A stretch of DNA of 64,000 nucleotides, taken from the NCBI RefSeq assembly GCF_009914755.1, contig NC_060932.1. One strand, written 5' to 3'. The notes below the pieces were generated by a model. That model was not told the origin of the DNA and ran no database searches. It saw nothing but the letters and a program-made list of their open reading frames with translations. Shown here piece after piece: positions 1 through 15,186 of the stretch; within the stretch, counting starts at the first letter, position 1; each line of letters opens with the position of its first letter. The DNA comes from the human T2T-CHM13v2.0 reference genome, Homo sapiens. The translations under genes were made by a program, and so were the position numbers.

Positions 1-590
<590 letters not shown>

Positions 591-865
591 GAATGCTGTT
601 TTACTAATAATTTGCCACCTTATTTGTAAGTACAGTCTTGATTAGATAATTTACCAAAGAACATTGATAATTCTTCCTAGAAATAAAGGTAGAGGGAATC
701 ATATTATTTACATACAGGCTTGGCTATTTAGTAGGCTAGGGTTTAGAATCTGTGCCCATACATTTTAATGAAGTATAATTTTGTGTTGATTACTTCTATC
801 TAGATAGGAAGATATGTTGCTTTCTAGAGTTTATGTAAGCTTTGTCTCTTTAAGGAGGCTAATAC

Positions 866-1100
866 CATTAAGCTAATAATAATAACGGGTAACATTTATT
901 GACCTTCCTATGTGTCAGACACCATATACTTTACATGGAATATCTTGTTGTGTCTCATTTAATTCTTGCAACAACCCTCTAAGGCAGGTAGTGTTGCTAT
1001 CCTCATTATACAGATGAGAATGCCAAGGCACAGATAGGTTAAGGAACTTTCCTAAAGTCACCCTGTAAGTGGCAGAGATGGAGTTTGAATTCAGGAGGTG
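866..1100 (-). mobile_element. MIR
   Basis: MIR core (cattatacagatgagaatgccaaggcacagataggttaagg). Confidence 0.8.
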
Positions 1101-1122
1101 TGGCCGAGTTAGCAGTCATAAA

Positions 1123-1160
1123 TCTAACTAACTAACTAACTAACTAACTAACAAACAAAC
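1123..1160. repeat. (CTAA)n/(CAAA)n microsatellite
   Basis: Direct reading. Confidence 0.9.
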
Positions 1161-3091
1161 ATCAAAATCTCTTGTCCACTCACGGGACTCCTTTACCAAG
1201 TCTCTTGAATTCTTGCCTAGGCCAGTGGAGAGAGTTATCCCAGAGCCTCAGACCTGCAGGCATACCGACTCCCACTGCCTTGCAGAAAGAGGTTCAGGAG
1301 CAGTGTTTTTGGTAGTCGCTTGAACTATTTCTTCTGGGAACATCATTATCTCTGTTGTGATTCCTCAGAGCAGTAGTCAAGGTCTCAGAGTAAAGGCCTC
1401 CCTGCATACTTGTGGCCACTTATCTCACTGGGCATGCGAGACAATGTCCAAGTTACGCAAGACAGGCTGACGAGCATCCTATTAGCACGAAAACATGATG
1501 CACCCTGGGTGGATGAGTTTGGACTCATAGCTGGTCCCCAGGCCTAAACTTCCCAGAAGAGTGGGAGAATCAGTGGCTTCCTTTTGAATTCCCAGGCAGT
1601 GTGCCCGGTCACAAGGCATTCCCCAGGAAGGGTGAAGCTGTCTTGGGACGCAGAAATTTGGAACACCATCTGGGAATTAACAAAGAGATAAGATTTTCAG
1701 TTCAATGGCATTCAAGTTGATTTATGCTTCAGTACCAGGGACTTGATATCAAGTCCCTAGAGAAATAGGGACATACCGGGACTATTAGTGAATCAAACAG
1801 AAAAGAAGAAGTAGGCTAATAAGCATCCTTAGGAAAGGGAGGGAGGAAGGCTGTCCTGCTTTCAACTTAATAAGGAGTTTGTCCTAAGTAGGAGGACATT
1901 TCTCTATGTTCAGCTTTTAGCAAGGCTGTGGCTGTTGTAATCTGCAATCTGTTTTCTCTCTGCCTGGCTAGGGCCTGGGCTCCTCTTTGGCTGTCTCAGT
2001 CTCACTTTGGCTCTTTCTGGCCCTACAGCTACCCTGGTTCCACCATGTCTTCCTCCTGGCCCTCTGGCTCTGCCACCCACATTCGGGTTCTGCCTTGGGG
2101 CAGCCCTATCCTTTGCCGCAGCGGGCATGTAGGACACCTTCAGGGTCTCCACACTGCTGCCTTCCAAGGTCTCTTGGAGCCTCAGGATCTCGTGGACCCT
2201 CTACAGAAAATTGTCTGGGGAAGCTCAGAGTCATTTACTTTCTCTACTAACCACGAAGGACAGCCAGGTTTACTTTGAGGTGGCCATTGCCTAGTTGGGC
2301 AGCTAAGGAGTGGCCATCACTTCTAGAGTCCTGAGTATGAAGGAGGGTAGAAATCTCTCTTCCCATTGGCTTTCTTCAGCCTTCAGGCTCTATTTCCAAG
2401 AAGAAAACCCAAAACAAACACACCGACCACTTCATCCTCCTCCTTTCTTTCTGTATACCTTCTTCCCACAGTCCCTTCAGTTAGAAGAGGCAAGATTTTT
2501 GCCTACTCTCTGACATTGTAGCCACCTTTAAGCATAGAGCAGCAAGTCCCAGGGCCTGACTGTCATGGGCAGAAAAGGAAGCTTCCCTACATTACGAAAA
2601 ACTGCAAATTCATCCACCAGCCCTGACCTTGATTTAAAGATGGGCTCTACAAAGTGCTATAGCAAATCCTTGTTTTCTCTCCTCAGAAAGTCTGATTTCA
2701 TTGTCTTTCTAAAGAGGGCAGGTAGGTAAGAGAATGCAATAAAACATGATTCAAGGGAGAAATGAAAATGCACAGTTTTAACATTTGCAAAATACATTTT
2801 TAAAACTGTCTCAACCTAACCATTTCCTTAAGGCCTACTTGATGTTGAAGATTCGTGCATAATTACATTGAGAGCATAGGTCTGTTCTGGAAGTTGATTC
2901 ATGTTTTACTCCAATTGAACTATTCATCTTTAGTGACAAAGTGTCAGTCACCTATGCCCTAATTGGTGTCCACAGAAAATAGAAACCTTATCCATGGGTC
3001 TTTTGGTGAGAAGTCAGTCATTTTCAGCATGTAGCAGGGATCTTTAATCCAGGAAGACCATATGAGACAACATGGGGTGGAAAAATACTCA

Positions 3092-3461
<370 letters not shown>

Positions 3462-4117
3462 TTAAGGTTACTTAGGATGACTCACTTGATAACTTCTTTG
3501 TTTATTTGTATATAGCTTTACCCCAAAAAGCTGAGTCAGCATTTATTTGTAATGTTATGAAATGCTGCCCCCTTGTGTTTTTGCAGGGTTCATTTAATTT
3601 CTGTTTTGATTTTAAAATAAATTTTTAATTTAAAACTTATTGACCTGTTAAAAATTTTCTTTGTTTCTATCATTTCTTTTTTGGCTCACTCATCTTCCTA
3701 ACTGCCAAAATCAAACGAGTAGCTACTACTACACCTCATTAAGTTAAAAGCTCTCTTACAATATCCTTGGAGAAATGTAAATATCATTTTAACAATAGAG
3801 AAAGGCAATACTTGCTGTTTCTTATTCCTAAGAGAATCATTCCTGGACTTGGAACATGGACTTGCTGGCCCCGCTCAGCTCCTATTGGACTAAATATTCC
3901 TGACTTTTCGTTTAAGGAAGAGCAAAGTCTTCTTCTAAATGCCAACCTCATTCCCTTAGAGTGGTCATTCTTTCATCTGGAATACTGCAGCCACTCAGAC
4001 AAACTACCCTGTAATAGCCCAGATGTCACTTGGGGATATCTTGTCCCTTGGAGAATTGTGGAGAACATGGCCCAGGCACAAATTTTAGTGCCTAGGATCT
4101 GAAAGACTTTAAAATGA

Positions 4118-5203
<1,086 letters not shown>

Positions 5204-5269
5204 TCATTTATTCCAGTTTTTAAATTTGTTTATTCTCAATGGCAGGGTTGGCCCCAAATAACCTTCCTC

Positions 5270-5475
5270 TTAGGCAAACACCTTATATAACCATAGTACA
5301 ATTACCAAAGCCAGGAAATTAAAATTGGCACTATACTAACTAAATGTAGACTCTATTTCAATTTCATTAGTGTTTCAACTATTGTCCTTTTTTAGTTCCA
5401 GGATCCTATCCAGAACTCCATATGACATTTAGTTGTTATTTCTCCTTAGTCTCCTTCAGTCTGTAGCAGTTCCAA
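5270..5475 (-). mobile_element. Old L1M 3' fragment
   Basis: Resembles L1MB/L1MC 3' UTR (ttccaggatcctatccag...catttagttg). Confidence 0.6.
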
Positions 5476-5719
5476 TTGGGAGCAGAAGTTTCCACATCTT
5501 CTACTTTAGGCACACAAATTCAACCACACCTGGAATTTCATGATGTTTAGCAGCGTCTTGGGAGATGGGACCCTAGATTTCATTATCTCTTTAGGTTCTC
5601 TCTTCAAGCTCCACTTTGTCCCCACATAATAATCCACTGTCACCAAGGAAATGTAGCCCCGTCCCCAGGTCTCATTGCTTCTCTCATGGAGTAACTGTGC
5701 CAGGTTAGGCTGACTCCAC

Positions 5720-6707
<988 letters not shown>

Positions 6708-6960
6708 TGGAATATTAGTCAATGACATTTTCTCCATCTCATAAGCTTAGAAATTCAAGAGACATCTTTACTGTCTCTTCAGGGCTGGCTACATGGTGGC
6801 CCTGGTGTACTGCCAGCTGCACCACTGCTTACCTTAGTCAATTCCTTTGACATATGGCAGGATGCGGTGAGTTTGGAATGGTTTAAGCATTATTACTGTA
6901 GCCAGAAACTGTCCAGTTGTTTATGGCCAGGTTAAATAAGATAATGGGAAGGATATACAG

Positions 6961-6961
<1 letters not shown>

Positions 6962-7015
<54 letters not shown>

Positions 7016-7036
7016 TGTGTGTGTGTTTGTATGTGT
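6962..7036. repeat. (TG)n/(GA)n compound microsatellite
   Basis: Direct reading. Confidence 0.95.
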
Positions 7037-7195
7037 GACAGAGAAAGAGAAAGAATGGTAAGTATGATGCAGAGAGGAGGGTAAGATAGGAAAGGCAGCA
7101 GCTTGGACATAAAAGGAGTCCATGCTGAACATCTGCTATGTACCAGGCACTTCAAGACACTCTCTCATTTAACCCTCATAGCAACTCCACTTTAG

Positions 7196-7494
7196 TTTTG
7201 TTTTTGCTTTTGTTTTGAGTGTCTCACTCTGTAGCCGAAGCTGGAGTGCAGTAGTACGATCTTGGCTCACTGCAACTTCTGCCTCCCGGGCTTAAGAGAT
7301 TCTCGTGCCTCAGCCTCCTGAGTAGCTGGGACTACAGGTGCATGCCACTACACCCGGCTAAGTTTTTGTATTTTAGCAGAGACCGGGTTTCACCATGTTC
7401 CCTAGGGTGATCTCAAACTCCTGAGCTCAGGCGATCCGCCCGCCTTGGCCTCCCAAAGTGCTGGGATTACAGGCGTGACCCACCGTGCCCGGCC
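7196..7494 (-). mobile_element. Alu inserted in a MIR (MIR ~7120-7600)
   Basis: Antisense Alu; cactttagt repeated at both ends; MIR motifs on either side. Confidence 0.9.
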
Positions 7495-7689
7495 TTCACT
7501 TTAGTATTTTATTATCCATTTTGGAAATGAGTAATCTGAGAGAAACTAGATAGTTTAGGGTCAGACAGCTCATGAGTGTCAGAATTTGAGATTGAAGACA
7601 TGTGTGTGCAGACTCCCCATTGTGTGTGTGCTTCTGCACTTCTGCACTTCCGTGAACATAATGAGAATAACAATGTAAGAATAAGAAGA

Positions 7690-7920
7690 GGTAGCTGATC
7701 TTTCTATGAACAGTTACTATGTGTCATCCAATTTATAAACATTCTCTTAACTAGTCTTCCTAACAATCCTGTAAATTAAGGACTACCATTACGGCTATTT
7801 AAGAGACCCTGAAACTAGTGCTCAAAGGCTTTTGTAATTCTCCCAAGCTTACACAGTTATTAAGTGGTGGCGCAGAAATTCAAATTAGGTTATGTGATAC
7901 CCAACACTACGTGCTTTATT
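7690..7920 (-). mobile_element. MIR (diverged)
   Basis: cctaacaatcctgt...cccaagcttacacag...aattcaaattagg. Confidence 0.6.
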
Positions 7921-8244
7921 CTCACTCTTTAGGGTAGTGCCCCGGCCTGGAGAGGCCACAGTGCAGGTGTCAGGAGGGTGCCATTAGAAGGGCCGTGTCT
8001 GTGCGTGGAACACATGGCCACCCATGCCTGCGCCACAGTGGGCAATGGAAACTCAATTCCAACCCTTCCATTAAAGCTCTCATCTAGTTACTCCTGTCTC
8101 TCGTAGGATAGGTTGTTTTACTGCAGGAAAATAATCTCAGTGGCTTAAAACATCAGAAGTTTATTTCTTTTTAACACACATTCAAATCAACCATCAGCTG
8201 GGAAGCGCTGTTCTGAGTCGCCCCTTCTCAGGCTGATGGACCAA

Positions 8245-8259
8245 CCGCTAGATGGAGCA
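8245..8259 (+). promoter_or_regulatory. Candidate CTCF site
   Basis: CCGCTAGATGGAGCA fits the CTCF core CC(A/G)C(C/T)AG(A/G)(G/T)GGC except at one position. Confidence 0.55.
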
Positions 8260-8297
8260 ACACTGGTCATCGCAACAAAAAGAAAACCCTAGAACTG

Positions 8298-8495
8298 GAC
8301 TGTGCTTTACACAGCCTGTAGCCACCTGCAGTTACTTAGATTTGATTCAAAAGTAATTAAAATCAAAGAAAATGGAAATTTCAGTCCCTTCTTTGCACAA
8401 GCTGCATTTCAAGTGCCTGATAGTTTTTTCCACTTGTGGCTACTGGCTACTATATTTTGTAGTGTGGATTATGGAACATTCCCATCATCACGTTG
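8298..8495. mobile_element. MER3-like hAT-Charlie DNA transposon, probably nested in an old LTR (~8100-8580)
   Basis: gcatttcaagtgc...tgtggctactggctac...gaacattcccatcatcac. Confidence 0.7.
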
Positions 8496-9289
8496 GTCTT
8501 GACCTATCTGGTCTCTCACACTGTCCTGACTCAGAAATAACACATGTTTACTTCCACTCAGAATTCACTGGCCAAAATTGAGGGATTGAGAGGCTGACAT
8601 TTTTGAAAGACTGTCCTAAAACTGAAGATAACAGAAGTTAAAGAAAACATAAACATAAAAACATTCTTTTTAAAAATTATTTTTCTGACCTAGTGGTATA
8701 ACTTGTTTCTTTCCTCTACTCTCTCTTTTGCTAGTGAAATCCTACAGGGCTGGCAGAAATTTATAGATGCGTTGCCCCTAAGAAACCTTTACATGATTCA
8801 AACTGTCATACTTGCTCTTGTCATTGTGCATGTAGAGCTAGACTGACTGAGTTTTGAATCCTAATTCCTAACATGAAGTAGCTTTAAATTAAGGTTTTGC
8901 TCAAGCAACTTAACCTTTCTGAACCCTAGTTTTTTTTTTTTAGTAAAATGAATCTAATAAAAATATTTCTCACATATTTACTTTAACCTTATATATAAAA
9001 TTAGAATACCTGGCTGTATCAGGCAGCCAGTAACTAACTGTTAGCTACTATTGCTGTTATCACAAAGAAATTTATTTCCTTGTCCATTCATTCCAAGTCA
9101 AAGAGTTCTATCTCTGCTGGGCCAAATAAGGCCATTTTACTATGTCTTAATGATACATCATTTTACACCTATTCATTATGTATGTATATATATTTGATTA
9201 CATATATAATTGATTTTTAATAATATGTAGCATTCCACTGTGAGACCGAGATACATTTATTTAATTTCATTTCATATTTATTTCATTAT

Positions 9290-9830
9290 AATTGGCAATT
9301 ATTAAGAAGCCCGACAAAACCGACCTTTAGAAAGATGTTATCATCAAAATCTCTTACATCTCTTATAAATTGCTGGAGGAAGAATAAATTGGCACAATCA
9401 CACTGGAAAGGAGTTTGGCAGTATCTCATGAGGTTGAATATTCCTAACCCCTATGAACCAGCATTCCCATTCCTGTACTGGCATCACTATTCACAAGAAA
9501 AAAAAAGGACAACAATCTGAAACCCATTGCTTAGATAATGAGAACATAGATGCAATTCAGTCCCACAAATAATGCTATGTATCATTGAAAATCAATTATA
9601 ACTACATGTATTGATAGGAATAAATCCTTCAATATTGAATTAAAAAATGAGTTCAAAATAACTAAAACTAAAAATACAGCATGTATATGTATCTACTTAT
9701 GTATATGTGTATGTATATTTATGTACATATCCATGAGTGTAGATATATATTTGTAATTTATTATCAGTATTCTAGTTCTCAGCTTGGTGATAAGTTCACA
9801 GGTATCATTTTATCATATTACATCATAGTA
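9290..9830 (+). mobile_element. Old L1M fragment
   Basis: Degenerate ORF2 C-terminal/3' UTR motifs (ataaattggcacaatcacactggaaaggagtttggcagtatc). Confidence 0.6.
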
Positions 9831-9841
9831 AGAAAAAGTGA

Positions 9842-10150
9842 GGCCGGGCGTGGTGGCTCACACCTGTAATCCCAACATTTTGGGAGGCTGAGGCAGGTGG
9901 ATCACTTTAGGTCAGGAGTTCGAGACCAACCTGGCCTACATGGTGAAACCCCATCTCTACTAAAAATACAAAATTAGCCAGGTGTTGTGACACACACCTG
10001 TAATCGCAGCTACTCTGAAGAAGGTGGGAGAATCACTTGAACCCCGGACGAGGAGGTTGCAGTGAGCCAAGACCACACCACTGCACTCCAGCCTGGGTGA
10101 CAGAGCGAGACTCCCCCTCAAAAAAAAAAAAAAAAAAAGAAAAGAAAAAA
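9842..10150 (+). mobile_element. AluS
   Basis: Full Alu with A-rich tail. Confidence 0.95.
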
Positions 10151-10367
10151 GTGAACATGTACGGAACAATGATAGTAGTGTGTCATGAACTAAGGGTTGA
10201 GACGAGTCCAGTGAGAGCACTTGAGGTGCACTGAGCCCCAGACCTTTCACGCTTTCTTACTACTATCCTCAGTCACCTCTAATTTTCTCTCTCCTAGTGG
10301 TACCTCACCTTGGCCAGGTTGGTCTTCCATTTTGAGACTGGGATGAAACACCACAAAACAGGGCAGG

Positions 10368-10788
10368 TGATATGGTTTGGATGTTTTGTCCCCTCCAAAT
10401 GTCATGTTGAAATGTGACATCCAATGTTGGAGGGGAGCCTGGTGAGAGGTGTTTGGGTCATGGGGGCGGGTTCCTCATGAATGTCTTGGTGTGGTCCTCG
10501 CAATAATGAGGTGAGTTCTCACTCCATGAGTTCATGTGAGATCTGATTGTTTAAGAGAGCCTGGCAGCTCCTCCCTCTCTCTTGCTCTCTCTCTTGCCAT
10601 GTGACACTCTGGTTCCCCTTTCACCTTCCACCATGATTGTAAGCTTCCTGAGACCCTCACCAGAAGCAGATGCTAGCACCATGCTGCCTGTACAGCCTGC
10701 AGAACCATAAGCCAAAATAAATGTTTTTTCCTTTATAAATTGCCTGGTCTCAGCTATTCCTTTATAGTAACACAAACGGACTAATCCA
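10368..10788 (+). mobile_element. MST (MSTB-like) ERVL-MaLR solo LTR
   Basis: TG...CA termini (tgatatggtttgg...ggactaatcca); perfect 5-bp TSD GCAGG at 10363 and 10789. Confidence 0.9.
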
Positions 10789-11809
10789 GCAGGGCTCTGA
10801 CTTCCTCAGCAACTGCCAAGGGGTTAGACACAACACAGAAGTACAGAGGAGTTAGCTTCTTACAGAGTGAAACATAACCAATGGGAAAAAAAAGAGAGAG
10901 ATAGAGTAGTAGAGTGAGTAGATTTCCTCACCATTCTCTCTTCCATAGGCTACTCCGAGATGCAGTTCCTCCTGGCAACCCTTCTAGAGAGGTTCTTTGT
11001 GCAAGGCAAACTTGCTTTGGCTCTTTGCAATGTGTCATGAAATACATAACAGCAGAGAGCATGGAACACATCCCCTTGTGTTGCTTTTCATCTTTCTTTG
11101 CCTTTTGGGTTCTCACTTTCCCAAAACCGTTTTAGGATCTTAATTCTTGTTTCAGGCTCTGTTTTCTAGAGGACTTAGTTTAACACAAGGGATTCATTAA
11201 TAGTAATAATAATAACAGTCATGTCTCAAAATGAACTTGTGTTGTGCCTGGTGCTGAACCACGCCCTTTCTCTGGATTATTTCCTATAAAGCTCCCAATT
11301 ACCCTAGGAGATTGTATGATCTTTCAGGTGAGGAAACAGTCACTCGGAGATGTCTTCCTTAAGATCACACAATCACTGCAATGCTTTATCTTTAGAAACA
11401 TGCACATTATTCAAGGAAGAATGGACAATTTCTGGATACTTGTAAAAACTAGAAATATGCTATTTTTCAGACTCACTTTATATAGCATTCCTTAGAGAAC
11501 TAGCTTCTCCCCTGCTTCACAAATATTATGACTCAGAAATGCAATGGCTGTAATAGCCACGATAAAGATTCTACACAAGCAGTTAAAGACAGAATATTTA
11601 ATGACAGAAGGTTGAGAAGGCTTTGTCTGAATAAGAAACTTACTAATAATGTGGACAAACACAGAACAACCTCTCTTGCCTATTTGTAGTGATAATAATA
11701 GTATTGGAAAATATTGGCCAAAATATAATTTTATGTAAAAAATAAATCCATGAAAATTTAAAAGCTAATATCAGGAAAACATCACCTAAAGCAACTTATA
11801 TAAATAATG

Positions 11810-12072
11810 TAGGCAGGTTTGGATCTATTAATGGGTTGTGAAATATATTTCACAGGTTGAAACTAGCCTACTCTGAAACCAGAGTGGGTTAAAACCAGCA
11901 TGATAAAAAGTAGAAATAGGACAGAATAGTAATGATCCATCTGCATTTAGGAAAGGCGTATATTGTTTTGGGAAGATTTTCTTTGTAAATGTGTTTTAGA
12001 GTACATGTGACTGTATGCTAGGTTATGATGTAAATCTCTTTATTGTAGTAGAAAAGAGTTTTAAAAACACTG
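11810..12072. mobile_element. Diverged hAT-Charlie-type DNA transposon fragment
   Basis: atgggttgtgaaat...tgatgtaaat...aagagttttaaaaacactg resembles Charlie-family non-autonomous elements. Confidence 0.45.
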
Positions 12073-12174
12073 ATATAGTTGGTGACAATATCACAAGGTT
12101 TATAAAACAAAAACAAAACATATTTTCAGAGTCACTGACATCTAGGTTGAAATACCTACCCAACCATAATGTTT

Positions 12175-12488
12175 TCTTTCTTTCTTTCTCTTTTTTTTTT
12201 TTTTTTTTGAGATGGAGTTTCACACTGTCGCCCAGGCAGGAGTGCAGTTGCCCTATCTTGGCTCACTGCCACCTCCGCCTCCTGGGTTTAAGCAATTCTC
12301 CTGCCTCAGCCTCCTGAGTAGCTGGGATTACAGGTGTGCCACCACACCCGGCTAATTTTTGTATTTTTAGTAGAGATGGGGTTTCACCATGTTAGCCAGG
12401 CTGGTCTGGAACTCCTGGCCTCAAGTTATCCGCCTGCCTTGGCCTCCCAAAGTGCTGGGATTACAGGCCTCAGCCATGGCGCCCGGCC
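12175..12488 (-). mobile_element. AluS
   Basis: Antisense full Alu. Confidence 0.95.
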
Positions 12489-14105
12489 CCACATTTTCTT
12501 GTCTTAAGGAAGCCCATGTCTCTTAATGCTCAGAAAACATCATGGAAATGCATCTCTTGGAGGCTGTGCTCCAATCATGCTTTTACCCGTGATGGACTGG
12601 ACCCCACTGACCTTCCCGCCTGATTCTCACATATCGTCCATTATGGCGGTTTTCTCATTCTCTCGACACCTGGGGGAAATCTTAAGGTTGTTGAGGGCTC
12701 AGAGCTAACACTTGACTCAGAGTCTGACACATTTTTGGTACGGAAAATGTTTATTTCTTTCCAAATAGTTCACACCTGAGACCTGACTAAGTACCCAAGC
12801 TTCAGGAAGATTCTTGGGATGGAGAAGACAAAGAGGAGATCTAGGCATGGTGAAATGGAAAACAATTAAACTCAGAAGGAATTTGAATTCGTTTTTGGCA
12901 AGGACCCTCCACTTTTTCCTAGGCTTGCTGCCTAAACATCAATTCAGTCTGCCTCTTGCAGGTGTCTGTGTGATGCAGAGGGAGTCATTTCATGGCAGAA
13001 GTGTGGGCTGGAGAAGACCTGGCTAAATTTCAGAATAGATGGGCTGAGGATGGGGAGGGAACTTTACTTCCCCTCAGTGTTTCCCCATCTCTCTCCTTTG
13101 CAACTAGCTGCTTCCTCTCTGGAATTTTAACTTCTATTCTTGGAGGAGAGAACATTTTTAAAAGCTAGCAAACTCAGTAAAGACTCCAACACAATTTTTT
13201 TAAAATAAAAATTACCTCCAAAAATGATCAAAGCAAGGTACAATAATTGTAGACAACATTAGCAATAAAGAGAAACAAAAAAGAATAAAATTTATATTAC
13301 TATCACCTCATCACCCAGAGGAAATTATGATTTATTACTCCTTGGTCTATATTCTTCCAGACCTTCTTAACACATATAACACATACTTTGTCCATTTTGT
13401 TTTGCTGTTGTGATTATCCTTGTCTCTTAAATTTCAAAAATAACCATGGTCATTCCTTAGGATAATTCTAGAAGTAAATATCATAACTATATTTTCTGAG
13501 TCAAATAGCACACATATTTTGAAGGTCTTCTCTTCAGTTTCCATACACATTCCCAGTCTCTCCTCTCCTCTCCAACCTTCATAGGCAGCCTGGAGATGTG
13601 ACAAGACTCACAGCACTGCTGTTCTGGTTTACTCTGTAATATCTCCATTTGCTGAAGAATTGTTTGATAAAAGACCATGTCTGGTTATTCTCCCAAATGC
13701 AAATATTTTTATCCATCTGCTATCTGATTAAAATGAGTTCATGGGATAATCTTGATAAATCTTAGATATAAATATTATGAACGGAAGTTTATTGGTATGA
13801 GTGTTTACAAGTATAAGCACAACCAGGAATCATAGAGGAATTAGCTTTTCCTGTGATTAAACATGACTAATGGCAAGAGAGTCAGGGGGAAGTTGTCTTC
13901 TAAGAAGTATCATTAAAAGGGCAACATTGGAGCAAGACAAAGTTACAAAGTAGGAAAAGCAATCTTTTAGGCCATATTAAGAATGTTTGACTTTATCCTA
14001 ACAGTAACAAGAAACTATTGAAGGAGATTAAGTAGAGGGTAACCTGTTTGGATTGACATTTTGAGAAGTTTACTTTCACTTCAATATAGAAAATGGACTG
14101 GTAGA

Positions 14106-14430
14106 GGCCGGGTGTGGTGGCTCACACCTATCATCCCAGCACTTTGGGAGGCCGAGGCGGGCGGATTGCCTGAGATCGGGAGTTCAAGACCATTCTGCCC
14201 AACATGGTGAAACCCTGTCTCTGCTAAAAATACAAAAAAATTAGCCGGGTGTGATGGCGTGCGCCTGTAATCCCAGCTACTCAGGAGTCTGCGACAGGGG
14301 AATTGCTTGAACCAGGGAGGTGAAGGTTGCAGTGAGCTGAAATCGTGCTACTGCACTCCAGCCTGGGTGACAGAGTGAGACTCCGTCTCAGAAAAAAAAA
14401 AAAAAAAAGAAAAGAAAAAGAAAAAGAAAA
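14106..14430 (+). mobile_element. AluS within an L2-like relic
   Basis: Full Alu; diverged TSD aaaatggactggtaga / aaaatagattggcaga. Confidence 0.93.
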
Positions 14431-14786
14431 TAGATTGGCAGAGTAAGCAAGAGAGGATGTGGGAAGGTCTTGGTGATTAACAGGACTATGGAATTCAACA
14501 AAGACTGAGGCATTGAGGATGATTCCTAAATACACAATAGTGCTACCTTTTCTATGAGAGTAGGAAAAAATAACAATAGGTGATAGGTGCATGTGTGTGC
14601 GTGTGCGTGAGTGTGTGTGTGTTTCTGCATACTTATATTTTTCTTTTTGCAAAAAAACCCGAAAATAGCAACAAAAAACCCTCACAAACACTAAGAATAA
14701 CCAGAAACTAGGAAATTGCTTACCCATAGAGAAGAATTGTAAGAGTAATAGGGGAGGGTGTGACTTCTCACATATACCTTTTATCA

Positions 14787-15186
<400 letters not shown>

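Noticed and set aside
1910-2513. Several overlapping ORFs in moderately GC-rich unique-looking DNA
   Set aside because: No recognisable protein family, mostly non-ATG starts, no clear splice structure; a decayed repeat or pseudogene cannot be excluded without a search.
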